Shown here: positions 45,260 through 54,489 of the stretch, one piece after another
How positions within the stretch are numbered: the stretch's first letter is position 1
How the letters are laid out: each line of letters starts with the position of its first letter
NCBI GenBank assembly: GCA_913060515.1
Contig: CAJXRZ010000001.1
Location: 51,478-115,477, forward strand
Length of the DNA: 64,000 bases
DNA from: an uncultured Pseudomonadota bacterium
GTDB taxonomy: Bacteria; Myxococcota_A; UBA796; CAJQPC01
Direction: 5' to 3'
Made by a program: the position numbers and the translations under genes
Notes under the pieces: model-generated
Database searches by the model: none
Seen by the model: only the letters and a program-made list of their open reading frames with translations
Told to the model about the DNA's origin: nothing

Positions 45260-45946
45260 TCAGCGCTCCAGATCCGCCCGCTTCGTGATCACGAACTCCA
45301 CACGCCGGTTCTTCTCCCAGGCCTCCTCGGTGGGCTCGGCCAGGATGGGCTTGCTCTCGCCAAAGCCCTGGGAGTCCAGGCGCATGGCCGAGACTCCTTG
45401 GGCGACCAGGAAGGCGCGAACCGCAGCTGCCCGTTGGTCGGAGAGCTGCAAGTTGTAGGCCTCCGCGCCTCGCTCATCGGCGTGTCCCTCGATTGAGACC
45501 TTTTGAATCTCCGGGTGCTCGAGCATCACACGGGCCACCTGCCGCAGCAGCTCGTGGGACTCGACCTTGATCACCGCCTTGCCCGTCTCGAAGTAGACCT
45601 TCTCGTGGATGACGATGGCCTTGTCCGTCAAGGTGACCAAGCTGGCGTCGAGCTGCGCTTGCACTTCGACGTCCTTGCCGGAGATCACGTCAAACTCCAC
45701 GGTGTGACCGAAGTAGCCAGGGGCCGTGACGGCCATGCGGTAGTGACCAGGGGCGAGCTGCACTTCGGAGTCGCCGGTGGCCAGGGGCACGTCTCCCTCC
45801 AGAGTCCACTGCGCCTCGGGCACGGGGCGGCCGAAGGGGTCGGCGGCGACCAGGTGAACGGTCCCGGCATCGGGGGTGGCTTGGGCGAGCAGGAGGAGAA
45901 GGGAGAGCATGGGGGAGTCTACAACGGTGGCCTTGCCCCTTCGCAT
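45260..45946 (-). CDS. OmpA-family peptidoglycan-binding protein
   Basis: Signal peptide MRRGK...LLLLLAQA; C-terminal OmpA_C (VSIEGHADERGAEAYNLQLSDQRAAAVRAFLVAQGV). Confidence 0.85.
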   Translation of the reverse strand: MRRGKATVVDSPMLSLLLLLAQATPDAGTVHLVAADPFGRPVPEAQWTLEGDVPLATGDSEVQLAPGHYRMAVTAPGYFGHTVEFDVISGKDVEVQAQLDASLVTLTDKAIVIHEKVYFETGKAVIKVESHELLRQVARVMLEHPEIQKVSIEGHADERGAEAYNLQLSDQRAAAVRAFLVAQGVSAMRLDSQGFGESKPILAEPTEEAWEKNRRVEFVITKRADLER

Positions 45947-46046
45947 CTGGTGGTCCCCATCGTGGTGTTTACAGCTAGAACAGTTCCCCTGCGGGACACA
46001 CCAGGAGAGACCATGCGGCGCTCACTCATCCTGGGTTCGGCCGGTG

Positions 46047-46259
46047 ATGAACGTTGTCGCCTTTCCGATCAGCGTGCTCACCCTTGGTCTCTTCCTGTTT
46101 GTGGTCAACGGCTTGGCCTTCGCCCTCGCCAGCTGGATGGTGCCCGGATTCTCTGTGGCTTCTTTCTGGTGGGCCGTGCTCGGGGCGCTCATGGTCAGCG
46201 TGCTCTCTTACTTCCTCTCGGGTGGGACCAAGGAGGAGAAGGAGACGCCCTCGAGCTAG
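46047..46259 (+). CDS. Small 2-TM membrane protein matching the C-terminal half of phage holin family 4 / DUF360 (YvlD-like)
   Basis: FPISVLTLGLFLFVVNGLAFALASWMVPGFSVASFWWAVLGALMVS, compare YvlD FPITILTLGLFTLVINGL...LVPGFHVDGF. GC3-rich only from 46044/46047. Confidence 0.5.
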   Translation: MNVVAFPISVLTLGLFLFVVNGLAFALASWMVPGFSVASFWWAVLGALMVSVLSYFLSGGTKEEKETPSS

Positions 46260-46990
46260 GGCACTGGCTTGGTGGGGCTCGATCCGACCCAGTCCTCGAA
46301 CTCCTGTGCGCTTCCGGCGAAGGCGTTCTCGTCCACCCAACCTTCAATGCCCTCGACCTGGCCTCGCGCTTGGTACTGCCAGATCACCCAGTCGTCGGTG
46401 GGCACCTTGTGGATGCTGCGGACCCATAGGGAATGACCGTCTTCCTCAAACAAGGGACGCAGATCCTGGGTGGCCAGTTTGTGTGTGGTGTAGACCATGG
46501 GCCTCTGACCGGTCGCATCTTCCACGCCTTGGGAGAAGAGCCTGAGCTCCGCCACCAGCACCTCTGGCGTGGGCCTCTCGCTACAGTTTCCCTCGACCTC
46601 CACGTCCACAACGGACGGCAAACGAGGCCCGTCTGGCGCTGGTAACTGACCCAGAAAGTTCTCCAGCTGCTCAGCTGCTGGCGTACAGAAGGTGAAGAAG
46701 TGGTAGGCGCCGGGCACCATCTCTGTCGTGCGCACCCCTTCCCAGTTCTCAGCGAAGCGGCTGTCTACCCAGTCCCCCCCTTCGGTCGCTTTGATCCACA
46801 CAAACTGGTGTGTGGCGTGGCCGCCCAAGGCGTACCAGTCAATCTCGCCCTGGTGGTGCGAGAGGTCCAGTCCACGGATGGGGTACTGCTCCAGCTCGGG
46901 CAGCTCCTGCATCAGGGGCCAGACCACCACGGCCAAGCCTGTGCAGAGCAGCGCCAATGCGCCCAAGCCGCCCAGGACCCAGCGCTTCAC
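46256..46990 (-). CDS. GH25 family muramidase (lysozyme), membrane-anchored or secreted
   Basis: GLDLSHHQGEIDW...FVWIKATEG glycosyl hydrolase 25 motifs; N-terminal signal/anchor. GTG start overlaps the upstream stop (GTGA). Confidence 0.8.
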   Translation of the reverse strand: MKRWVLGGLGALALLCTGLAVVVWPLMQELPELEQYPIRGLDLSHHQGEIDWYALGGHATHQFVWIKATEGGDWVDSRFAENWEGVRTTEMVPGAYHFFTFCTPAAEQLENFLGQLPAPDGPRLPSVVDVEVEGNCSERPTPEVLVAELRLFSQGVEDATGQRPMVYTTHKLATQDLRPLFEEDGHSLWVRSIHKVPTDDWVIWQYQARGQVEGIEGWVDENAFAGSAQEFEDWVGSSPTKPVP

Positions 46991-47370
46991 CGGTCGCCGT
47001 GGTAGGACTTGACCTCGACCAGGTCACTGCCAAGAGTCAGGTTTACACTGCGCTTTAGGGCGGCGCGCCGATCGTTGATTTGATACACACTGCGGGCTTC
47101 TGATACAAATTCCGGACCGAAGTCCTGTGCGGCTTCGCGCTCGCGCAGTCTGTCCTCGACTTCCCAGAGCTGTATGTTCACCTGGGTCAGCAGAGCCCGC
47201 TCCGGGAGCTCCGGAGGCAGTCTCGCCGCGGCCCAGGAGTGCTCCAAGACCTCCAGCTCCTTGGCCGCATGGGCACGCTTGTCGGCGTTGGGAATCCGCG
47301 CGACCTTGATCTCCAGGATCGTGATGCGGTCGAGCACATCCCCATAGGACTGCTGCACACTCAGGGACAT
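46987..47370 (-). CDS. Conserved hypothetical cytoplasmic protein (127 aa)
   Basis: GC3-rich; translationally coupled to GH25 gene. Confidence 0.5.
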   Translation of the reverse strand: MSLSVQQSYGDVLDRITILEIKVARIPNADKRAHAAKELEVLEHSWAAARLPPELPERALLTQVNIQLWEVEDRLREREAAQDFGPEFVSEARSVYQINDRRAALKRSVNLTLGSDLVEVKSYHGDR

Positions 47371-47386
47371 GGGAGAGGCCCCAACA

Positions 47387-48109
47387 TCAGAAGAGCATGG
47401 GCTGGAGCACGATCTCGCTGGCGACCAGCTCTGCGGGGGTGCAGGCCAACTCTACCACCACGCGGGCGACCTTCTCCGGCTGCATAAAGTCGCGCTCGGG
47501 GTCGTACTTGTCGGGGAAAGGCAGGAACTCCTGGCTCTTCCAGAAGGGGGTGGCGATCCCGCCGGGGCAGATGTTGGAGACCTGGACGTTGTAAGCCCGC
47601 GCCTCCATCGCCAGGGTGCCCGTAAAGCCTGTGACGGCCCACTTGGAGGCGTTGTACACGCTCTCGTTGGGCAGGTGCATCTTGCCGGCGGTGGAGCTGA
47701 TGTTGAAGATGCGGCCGCTGCGCTGGGGCTTCATGACCTGGTAGGCGCACTGGCTGCCGTGGATCACACCCTTGACGTTGGTGTCGATGATGCGGTCGAT
47801 GTCGTCGGGGGTGTAGCTGCCCGCTGGGCCGTACACCGCCAAGCCGGCGTTGTTGATCATCACGTCCAGCTGGCCGTACTCGCCCACTGCAGCGTCGATC
47901 AGCGCCTGTACCTCGCGGGGGTCCCGCACATCGGTCTGTACGGCGATGGCGTCTTGGCAGCTCGCGGCGACCTCGTCGAGCTCAGGGGCGGTTCGAGCGC
48001 CAAGCACCAAGCGAGCGCCCTCGGCATCGAAGGCTTCGGCCAGCGCCTTGCCCAGGCCACGTGATGCGCCTGTGATGCAGACTACCTTTCCTTTCAATCG
48101 GTCAGACAT
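47387..48109 (-). CDS. SDR family oxidoreductase
   Basis: KVVCITGASRGLGKALAEAF Rossmann motif; YNASK catalytic region. Confidence 0.9.
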   Translation of the reverse strand: MSDRLKGKVVCITGASRGLGKALAEAFDAEGARLVLGARTAPELDEVAASCQDAIAVQTDVRDPREVQALIDAAVGEYGQLDVMINNAGLAVYGPAGSYTPDDIDRIIDTNVKGVIHGSQCAYQVMKPQRSGRIFNISSTAGKMHLPNESVYNASKWAVTGFTGTLAMEARAYNVQVSNICPGGIATPFWKSQEFLPFPDKYDPERDFMQPEKVARVVVELACTPAELVASEIVLQPMLF

Positions 48110-48173
48110 GTGCTCTCCCTTGTGCCTTTCAGGGAGTCTACCGCCCCGCGCATGGGCGGGCTACACTGGCGTC

Positions 48174-49019
48174 ATGTTGAGCACCCTTCACATCTTGACC
48201 CTGCTGGCGTGTGGCTCCCCGGGGCTCACTGAGATGGCTGAGCCAGACGACACGAACACCGACACGGCCGATACGAGCAGTGATACCGCCGTGGTGGACG
48301 ACACCGCGGACACCAACCCAGGAGATGGGTCGGCGCCCGAAGTTAGCGTGTTCAAGGTGACGGAGGAGGAGGGTCGCCTGCGCTTTGCCTTCCAGGTCAA
48401 AGACACGGACGATGACTTGGACGGCGGAAGCGTCGAGATCAAGGTGCCGCCGCGCAACGAGGTCTACGTCTGGCCCTCCCCGGAGATGAGCATCTCCAAC
48501 AACACGGTCTCCATCTACTGGGACGCCGCCACGGTCACGCCGGACACCGACCTGGTGGCGCTGCTCTCCGTGACCGACGCCGCTGGGAACAAGTCCCAGG
48601 TGGTCGAGGACATTGTGCGCCACGACACGGAGGTCTACTACATCAACGAGTCCGGCGATAAGAAGTCCGATGCGCACGGCCTGGGCATGGTGACCCTGCC
48701 CGTGACCATTCATGGTGACATCTACGCGGCCTCGAACAACGGCAGCGACCACACCGGTGACTCGGACTGGGTCAAGTTCGCGGTCCCCACCGACGGAAAC
48801 GTGACCGTGACCCTGACCTGGGACAACGGCGGCTCGGACTACGACGTGTACCTCTTCACAGAGAACGACGTAATGCTCGGCTGGTCGGACACCTTCAGCC
48901 AGCCGGAGACCTTCGGCCTGAACCTGCAGGCGGGCACGAACTTCTTCCTCAAGGTGGGAGGCTGGGACGGCGCGCCCAGCGACTGGACGCTGACGATGGA
49001 GCGCACTTCAGGGGCCTGA
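48174..49019 (+). CDS. Lipoprotein with C-terminal pre-peptidase (PPC)-like beta-sandwich domain
   Basis: MLSTLHILTLLACGSPG; acidic linker; C-terminal DWVKF..GNVTVTLTWDNGGSDYDVYLF. Confidence 0.6.
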   Translation: MLSTLHILTLLACGSPGLTEMAEPDDTNTDTADTSSDTAVVDDTADTNPGDGSAPEVSVFKVTEEEGRLRFAFQVKDTDDDLDGGSVEIKVPPRNEVYVWPSPEMSISNNTVSIYWDAATVTPDTDLVALLSVTDAAGNKSQVVEDIVRHDTEVYYINESGDKKSDAHGLGMVTLPVTIHGDIYAASNNGSDHTGDSDWVKFAVPTDGNVTVTLTWDNGGSDYDVYLFTENDVMLGWSDTFSQPETFGLNLQAGTNFFLKVGGWDGAPSDWTLTMERTSGA

Positions 49020-49065
49020 CGGCATTGGGGGTGCGCGGACATCGCGCGGGTTAGGCGGCCTACAT

Positions 49066-49071
49066 CCAAGG
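49066..49071 (+). promoter_or_regulatory. Shine-Dalgarno AAGGAG for glmU
   Basis: AAGGAG located 9 nt upstream of ATG 49081. Confidence 0.5.
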
Positions 49072-49080
49072 AGCCCACCC

Positions 49081-50472
49081 ATGACCCCCACCGCTCTGGT
49101 CCTCGCCGCTGGCAAGGGAACGCGCATGCGCTCTTCCCTCTCCAAGGTCCTTCACCCTCTCTGTGGCCGGCCCCTCGCCGCCTGGACGCTGCAGGCCTGT
49201 CAGGACGCGGGACTGCGCACCGCCGTGGTGGTCGGGCACCAAGCAGAACAGGTCAAGCAGGTCCTGGGCCCGGACCATGGCTATGCGCTCCAAGCGGAGC
49301 AGAATGGAACCGGGCACGCCGTCCAATGCGCCCAGGCGCTGCTCGCCGACGCCTCGGTGGTGGTCGTTCTGCCTGGGGATGCGCCCCTGATCACGGCAGA
49401 GACTCTGCGCGGACTTCTGGAAGGACACGGCGATGCTCTGTGCACGCTGCTGACCTTTAAGACCCCAGAGCCGGGTCGCTATGGCCGGATCATCCGCGAC
49501 GCCAATGGAACCGTGCTCCGCATCGTCGAAGCCGCCGGAGCCACCCCGGAGCAGCTGGCCGTCGACGAGGTCAACGCGGGCATCTACGCCTTCGACGCCC
49601 AGTGGCTGGTCAAAGAAGTGCTGCCCCAGCTCAAGCCCTCGCCGCCCAAGGGTGAGATTTACCTGACGGACGCCATCGAGGCGGCGTCCCGCGCTGGACG
49701 TTTGCGCGCGGTCATCCACCAGGCCCCCGAGGAGCTGGTGGGCATCAACGACAAGGCCACCTTGGCCCAAGCTGAAGCGGACCTGCGCGCCCGCATCAAC
49801 CACGCCTGGATGATGAAGGGCGTGCACATGCGGGATCCGAGCACGACCTACATCGATGCGCAGGTCGTTCTTGGGGCCGAGGTGCTCCTGGAGCCCGGGG
49901 TCATCCTTCGTGGCAAGACCGTCATTGGAGACCGCGCGAGCATCGGACCCCACGTCAGCATTCAAGACAGCTTGGTTGGCCCAGATGCCCAAATCAAGGC
50001 CAGCTCCGTGTTGGAGTCTGCCGTGGTTGGACCCCGTGCTGCCGTGGGTCCCATGGCCCACCTGCGTGCGGGCAGCGTCTTGGGTGCCGAGGTCAAGGTC
50101 GGCAACTTCGTGGAGACCAAGAAGGCTGTGCTCGGAGACGGCGCCAAGGCCAGTCACCTGAGCTACCTGGGCGACTGCGAGGTGGGCGCTGGCGCCAACA
50201 TCGGCGCGGGCACCATCACCTGCAACTACGATGGATGGGGCAAGCACAAGACACAGATTGGAGCCCGCGCTTTCGTGGGGTCAAACTCCTCTCTGGTCGC
50301 GCCAGTCACAGTTGGTGCGGACACCATCGTGGGGGCAGGAAGCACCATTACAGGCGATGTTCCGGAAGGGGACTTGGCCGTAGGCCGCGGTCGCCAGAAG
50401 AACCTGTCGGGTCGTGCAGAGGGCATCCACCGCCGCAACGCACAGTTGGCTGGCAAGCGTTTTGACCGCTGA
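49081..50472 (+). CDS. glmU: Bifunctional UDP-N-acetylglucosamine pyrophosphorylase / glucosamine-1-phosphate N-acetyltransferase
   Basis: LVLAAGKGTRMRS nucleotidyltransferase motif; C-terminal hexapeptide-repeat acetyltransferase. Confidence 0.95.
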   Translation: MTPTALVLAAGKGTRMRSSLSKVLHPLCGRPLAAWTLQACQDAGLRTAVVVGHQAEQVKQVLGPDHGYALQAEQNGTGHAVQCAQALLADASVVVVLPGDAPLITAETLRGLLEGHGDALCTLLTFKTPEPGRYGRIIRDANGTVLRIVEAAGATPEQLAVDEVNAGIYAFDAQWLVKEVLPQLKPSPPKGEIYLTDAIEAASRAGRLRAVIHQAPEELVGINDKATLAQAEADLRARINHAWMMKGVHMRDPSTTYIDAQVVLGAEVLLEPGVILRGKTVIGDRASIGPHVSIQDSLVGPDAQIKASSVLESAVVGPRAAVGPMAHLRAGSVLGAEVKVGNFVETKKAVLGDGAKASHLSYLGDCEVGAGANIGAGTITCNYDGWGKHKTQIGARAFVGSNSSLVAPVTVGADTIVGAGSTITGDVPEGDLAVGRGRQKNLSGRAEGIHRRNAQLAGKRFDR

Positions 50473-50500
50473 GGGTGCACAGGTCCTGGCCTCTTGGCCC

Positions 50501-51079
50501 TTGGACGGCGGGCTTCAGATCTGTCTCTTGGATCGCGTGGACGCCGCGCACTCCGAGAAGGTTCGGGCCCACTTTGAGGGGGTCTACCCCATCCTGGATT
50601 GGCGGCCCTACATGAGCACGCCGGCCAGTGCGCGGGTCAAGGAGCTGCAGCAGTCTGTAGCAAGTCGCCAGCGTCTGACCCTGGGCGTCTTTGATGAGGG
50701 TGAGATGGTGGGCTGGTCCTTTGGTTGGCAGCTCAGCATGGACTCCACCTCCTTCTACATGGCCAACTCCTGTGTGGTGGAGACGCACCGCCGCAAGGGT
50801 CTGTACCAGGCCATGCTGCAGCGGGTGCTGGCTCTAAGCGAGGAGATGGGATTTCAGGCTCTGACCTCCCGGCACCTGGCTGGGAACAACCCCATCTTGA
50901 TCGCCAAGCTCAAGGCCGGTTTTCACATTGTTGGGCTGGAGCTCTCCGAGGTGCACGGCAGCCTGGTCCACCTGCGCTACTTCCACAACCCGGTGCGCCG
51001 GGAGGCTTATCAAGTAAGAACCGGCGGCGAGCGGCCCAAACACCCAGCTGTGCGCTCCCTCTTCCTCGAGGATGGCTGA
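50501..51079 (+). CDS. GNAT family N-acetyltransferase
   Basis: HRRKGLYQAML acetyl-CoA binding motif. The start is uncertain (TTG 50501 or GTG 50537); the track start at 50414 overlaps glmU. Confidence 0.65.
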   Translation: MDGGLQICLLDRVDAAHSEKVRAHFEGVYPILDWRPYMSTPASARVKELQQSVASRQRLTLGVFDEGEMVGWSFGWQLSMDSTSFYMANSCVVETHRRKGLYQAMLQRVLALSEEMGFQALTSRHLAGNNPILIAKLKAGFHIVGLELSEVHGSLVHLRYFHNPVRREAYQVRTGGERPKHPAVRSLFLEDG

Positions 51080-51121
51080 GCGAAGGCGCAACCGCTGCGC
51101 CTCTCTGGCATCCTCTCCGCC

Positions 51122-51928
51122 ATGCTCCTCTGTTTGCTCGCCACCGCCGCCGCCGGACCCTGGGTCAAAGACGCTGGCCAGCACTACGTCAAGGTCTCCG
51201 GAAACCGCTTTGTAGCTGGGGAGTACGTCGATCCCCAAGTGCAGGACGCCGAGGGGCTGGCCTACAGTTCTTGGAGCGCGGTACTCTATGCCGAGGTGGG
51301 CCTGGCGCCGGGGCTGATGCTCCACGCCAACCTGCCCTACCTCTGGGCGGCCAACGAAGACCTGGAGAGCGGCTGGCAGTACCGACAGCGCGGAGGCGGG
51401 GACGCCCTTTTGGGTGTGGACTGGCAGCTTCCAGTGGAGATTCCTGTATCCCTCTTCGTTCAGGCCCGGGTGCCGCTCTATGCCGACGGCGACCGCCCGG
51501 CGCTCTACCCGGCGATGGGGGACTCCAACGTAGACTTGGATCTTCAGGCCAATGTGGGCCACAGCGCCAAGGTGGGCCCCGGCTATCTCTGGGGGGTGGC
51601 TGAGGGTGGCTTTCGCTACAGAAGTGGCTGGACAACGCCGGGCAATACAGTGCCTTTCGACTACCAAAACGGCCTGCCCTACCGAGGCCAAGTTGGTTAT
51701 GCACCTATCTTTAGGGACAAGCCTCTGGGATGGGTTCAGCTCGAGCTCTCCGGCTTGGTCAACCCAGGCTCAGACGCCGTCACCCGCCAGTGGCATCAGG
51801 TGGGCGCAGGCGTGGCGGTCTCCGTAGACAGCCACACACACGTGGAGCTGGGGGTGCAGCGCATCTACGCGGCCCGCTCAGCCTCGCTGGGGGACATGCT
51901 GTCCCTGGGGATCAGCCATCAACGCTGA
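51122..51928 (+). CDS. Hypothetical secreted protein (beta-rich)
   Basis: N-terminal MLLCLLATAAAGPW signal; GC3-rich. Confidence 0.55.
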   Translation: MLLCLLATAAAGPWVKDAGQHYVKVSGNRFVAGEYVDPQVQDAEGLAYSSWSAVLYAEVGLAPGLMLHANLPYLWAANEDLESGWQYRQRGGGDALLGVDWQLPVEIPVSLFVQARVPLYADGDRPALYPAMGDSNVDLDLQANVGHSAKVGPGYLWGVAEGGFRYRSGWTTPGNTVPFDYQNGLPYRGQVGYAPIFRDKPLGWVQLELSGLVNPGSDAVTRQWHQVGAGVAVSVDSHTHVELGVQRIYAARSASLGDMLSLGISHQR

Positions 51929-52946
51929 AGGGCGATGTCCAGTCTCCAAATGGCCCGCCGTACGCACCCCGATCTGCCGGGCTGCCGTCGGCGTCCAGGT
52001 CGGCCGCAGGTCCGCTGTCTACGGCGGGGCTGCCCGGGGCCAACTCATAGCGCTCGCTGTCCACGAACATGGGGTCGGCGTAGAGGGTGTTGGCACAGTC
52101 CGGGAAGCCCGAAGGCGCGTTCTCCGCGACCCAGTCGACCTCTGGCCAGATCAGATTCTCGCTACAGTCGAAGGTGTAGCCCAGGGGCTCCATGAAGCGA
52201 ATCAAGAAGGCGTCCTTGTCCGTGGCCACGATGATGTTGCCGATGATGTCGCCCTCGGACTCAAAGAACCACTCACCCAGCGCGCCGTTGGGGGACTCAT
52301 TCTCCACGAAGGTGTTGTAGAGCACCTGTCCCCTACAGTTGGTGCAGACCACGCCGCCACCGCCTTGAATGCCGCGGTTGCCTGTGATGATGTTGTTGCG
52401 GACCGTCGCCTCTCCATGCCGCATGTAGACACCGCCGGAGATGTTGGCCTCGTTCCCGACGATGATGTTGTGCTGGATGATGGGGTCTGCGTTCTCAATG
52501 AATATGCCACCCCCGTGCCCCTCGGTGCCGGTCCCTCCAATGATGGTGAAGCCCTCCAGAATGGCCGTGTCAGGCTCCATGGCCCGAATCTCCACGACCG
52601 AGCCGCCCAGGTCTGTTCCATCCAACACAGTCTCCCAAGGACCGGATTCGCTGACGACGTGAATGCCCTTGCCGTGAAAGTCGATGCGCTCGGTGTGGGT
52701 ACCGGCTCGGACCAGCACCACGTCACCATCGGTGGCCTCGGTGATGGCGGCCTGGATGCTGCTAAAGCTCCGTCCTTTGCCCATCAGGATGGCCACGTCG
52801 CCTTCGGGCCAGCTCCACGCCCCGCTGTCTTGGGTGTCTCCCGGTTCGGTGTCCTGCACCGAGTCCTGGGCAATGGGCGTGCAGTCGGCCTCCTGGGGGC
52901 AGGAGCGGCTCTGAATGGGGGTACAGGAGAGCAGAAAGAAAAACAT
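51912..52946 (-). CDS. Lipoprotein with right-handed beta-helix repeats
   Basis: MFFFLLSCTPIQS lipobox; rungs NIIVGNEANISGGVYM / NNIITGNRGIQGGGGV. Confidence 0.8.
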   Translation of the reverse strand: MFFFLLSCTPIQSRSCPQEADCTPIAQDSVQDTEPGDTQDSGAWSWPEGDVAILMGKGRSFSSIQAAITEATDGDVVLVRAGTHTERIDFHGKGIHVVSESGPWETVLDGTDLGGSVVEIRAMEPDTAILEGFTIIGGTGTEGHGGGIFIENADPIIQHNIIVGNEANISGGVYMRHGEATVRNNIITGNRGIQGGGGVVCTNCRGQVLYNTFVENESPNGALGEWFFESEGDIIGNIIVATDKDAFLIRFMEPLGYTFDCSENLIWPEVDWVAENAPSGFPDCANTLYADPMFVDSERYELAPGSPAVDSGPAADLDADGSPADRGAYGGPFGDWTSPFSVDG

Positions 52947-52981
52947 GGGACCCAGGATGCCTCAAGTAGGGGGCAGGTTGC

Positions 52982-54385
52982 ATGACCTTGCTCTTCTGGG
53001 TGCACGCCATGCTGCTGGCGGCGCTCTCCCTCTTTGGCTTGCACCGTCTCCTTCTGCTCTGGCGTCTGCGCCTGAAGCCGCGCGCCTTGCCAGCGCCAGA
53101 GGAGGAGGCTTGGTGTCCAGCGATCACGGTACAACTGCCGCTCTTCAACGAGCGCCATGTAGCCGAGCGGGTGATTCGTGCCGCTGCAGCGCTGGATTGG
53201 CCAGAGTTGCAGATACAAGTTCTGGACGATTCCACGGACGACACCACCGAGCTCGCTCAGGCGGTCGTCGAGGACTTGGCCGCTCAAGGGGTGGACATCG
53301 TGCTGGCCCACCGGGCCCACCGCGAGGGCTTCAAGGCCGGGGCTTTGGAGGAAGGGATGGCCTGGGCGAGCGGGGAGCTCATCGCCGTCTTTGACGCCGA
53401 TTTTGTGCCTCAGGCTGGCATCCTGCGCGCTTTGGTTCCCAGCCTTCGGGATCCCGGCGTGGGCATGGTCCAGGCCCGCTGGGGACACGCCAACCTGGAG
53501 GAGAGTTGGTTGACCCGGGCTCAAGGAGTTCTCTTAGATGGGCACTTCGTGATTGAGCATGAAGCACGCTTTCGCTCCGGTTGTTGGTTCAACTTCAACG
53601 GCACGGCAGGGGTCTGGCGCAAGGCCTGCATTCAGGACGCCGGTGGCTGGCAGCACGACACTCTGACCGAGGATTTGGACTTGAGCTACCGGGCTCAGGC
53701 CCGTGGATGGCGCTTCGTGTACCGGGCCGAGCAGGCCGTGCCGGCGGAGCTTCCCCACACCCTGCAGGCCTTTCAGTCCCAGCAACACCGCTGGGCCAAG
53801 GGTTCCATCCAGTGCGCCAGGAAGCTCCTAGGCTCCATCCTGCGCGCGCAGCTCCCCATTCGCGTCAAGCTGGAGGCCTGTCTTCACCTCTTGGCCAACT
53901 TGGCCTACCCCTTGGTGCTCTGTCTGGCGCTCGTCAGCCCCTTGGCCCCCTTCCGGAGCGGCGCCCAAGCGGAGCTGGTGCAGGGCATGGACGCACTGGC
54001 CTTGTTTGCGACCACCGTCTCTGTCTGGTGTTTCTATGGCGTCGCGGTGCGTAGAGCAGGGGATCACGCCGGCTGGGGCAGGATCCCCGTCGCCATGGCC
54101 CTGGGCGTTGGCATGAGCGTGGCCCAAACCCGCGCCGTCATCGAGGCCATCGTGGGCCACAAATCACCCTTCGTGCGTACCCCAAAGCGTGGCTCGGACC
54201 AAGGCAGCTACCGCGCTTTTGTTCGCCTGCCTTGGGCTGAGTTGCTGCTCTGCGGATGGCAACTGTGTGGGGTTCTCTGGGCGCTGCAGGCCGGATTCTG
54301 GGGGGCGGTGCCCCTTCAGCTCTTCTTGGCCTTGGGATTTGGTGTGGTGGGCATCGGGGGGGTGCTGGGCAGCCGTCGGTCCTGA
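52982..54385 (+). CDS. Membrane glycosyltransferase family 2 (processive synthase-like, QxxRW motif)
   Basis: DDSTDD, FDADF, QQHRWAKGS motifs; N- and C-terminal TM helices. Confidence 0.85.
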   Translation: MTLLFWVHAMLLAALSLFGLHRLLLLWRLRLKPRALPAPEEEAWCPAITVQLPLFNERHVAERVIRAAAALDWPELQIQVLDDSTDDTTELAQAVVEDLAAQGVDIVLAHRAHREGFKAGALEEGMAWASGELIAVFDADFVPQAGILRALVPSLRDPGVGMVQARWGHANLEESWLTRAQGVLLDGHFVIEHEARFRSGCWFNFNGTAGVWRKACIQDAGGWQHDTLTEDLDLSYRAQARGWRFVYRAEQAVPAELPHTLQAFQSQQHRWAKGSIQCARKLLGSILRAQLPIRVKLEACLHLLANLAYPLVLCLALVSPLAPFRSGAQAELVQGMDALALFATTVSVWCFYGVAVRRAGDHAGWGRIPVAMALGVGMSVAQTRAVIEAIVGHKSPFVRTPKRGSDQGSYRAFVRLPWAELLLCGWQLCGVLWALQAGFWGAVPLQLFLALGFGVVGIGGVLGSRRS

Positions 54386-54489
54386 AGGTGTGGGTGGGTG
54401 AGCCCGCGGACAGATTCTGGTCGCCCTTGGCCTTAGGGTCTTCGGCTGGGGCTTGTGCCCCGTGCACTCCAGCCAGATAAGCCCGCGCC

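Noticed and set aside
46013-46046. Upstream ATG (MRRSLILGSAG...) as the true start of the DUF360-like gene with a frameshift
   Set aside because: That frame has T-rich third positions and is not coding-like. Joining would still lack about 35 residues. Treated as a naturally short or decayed gene instead.
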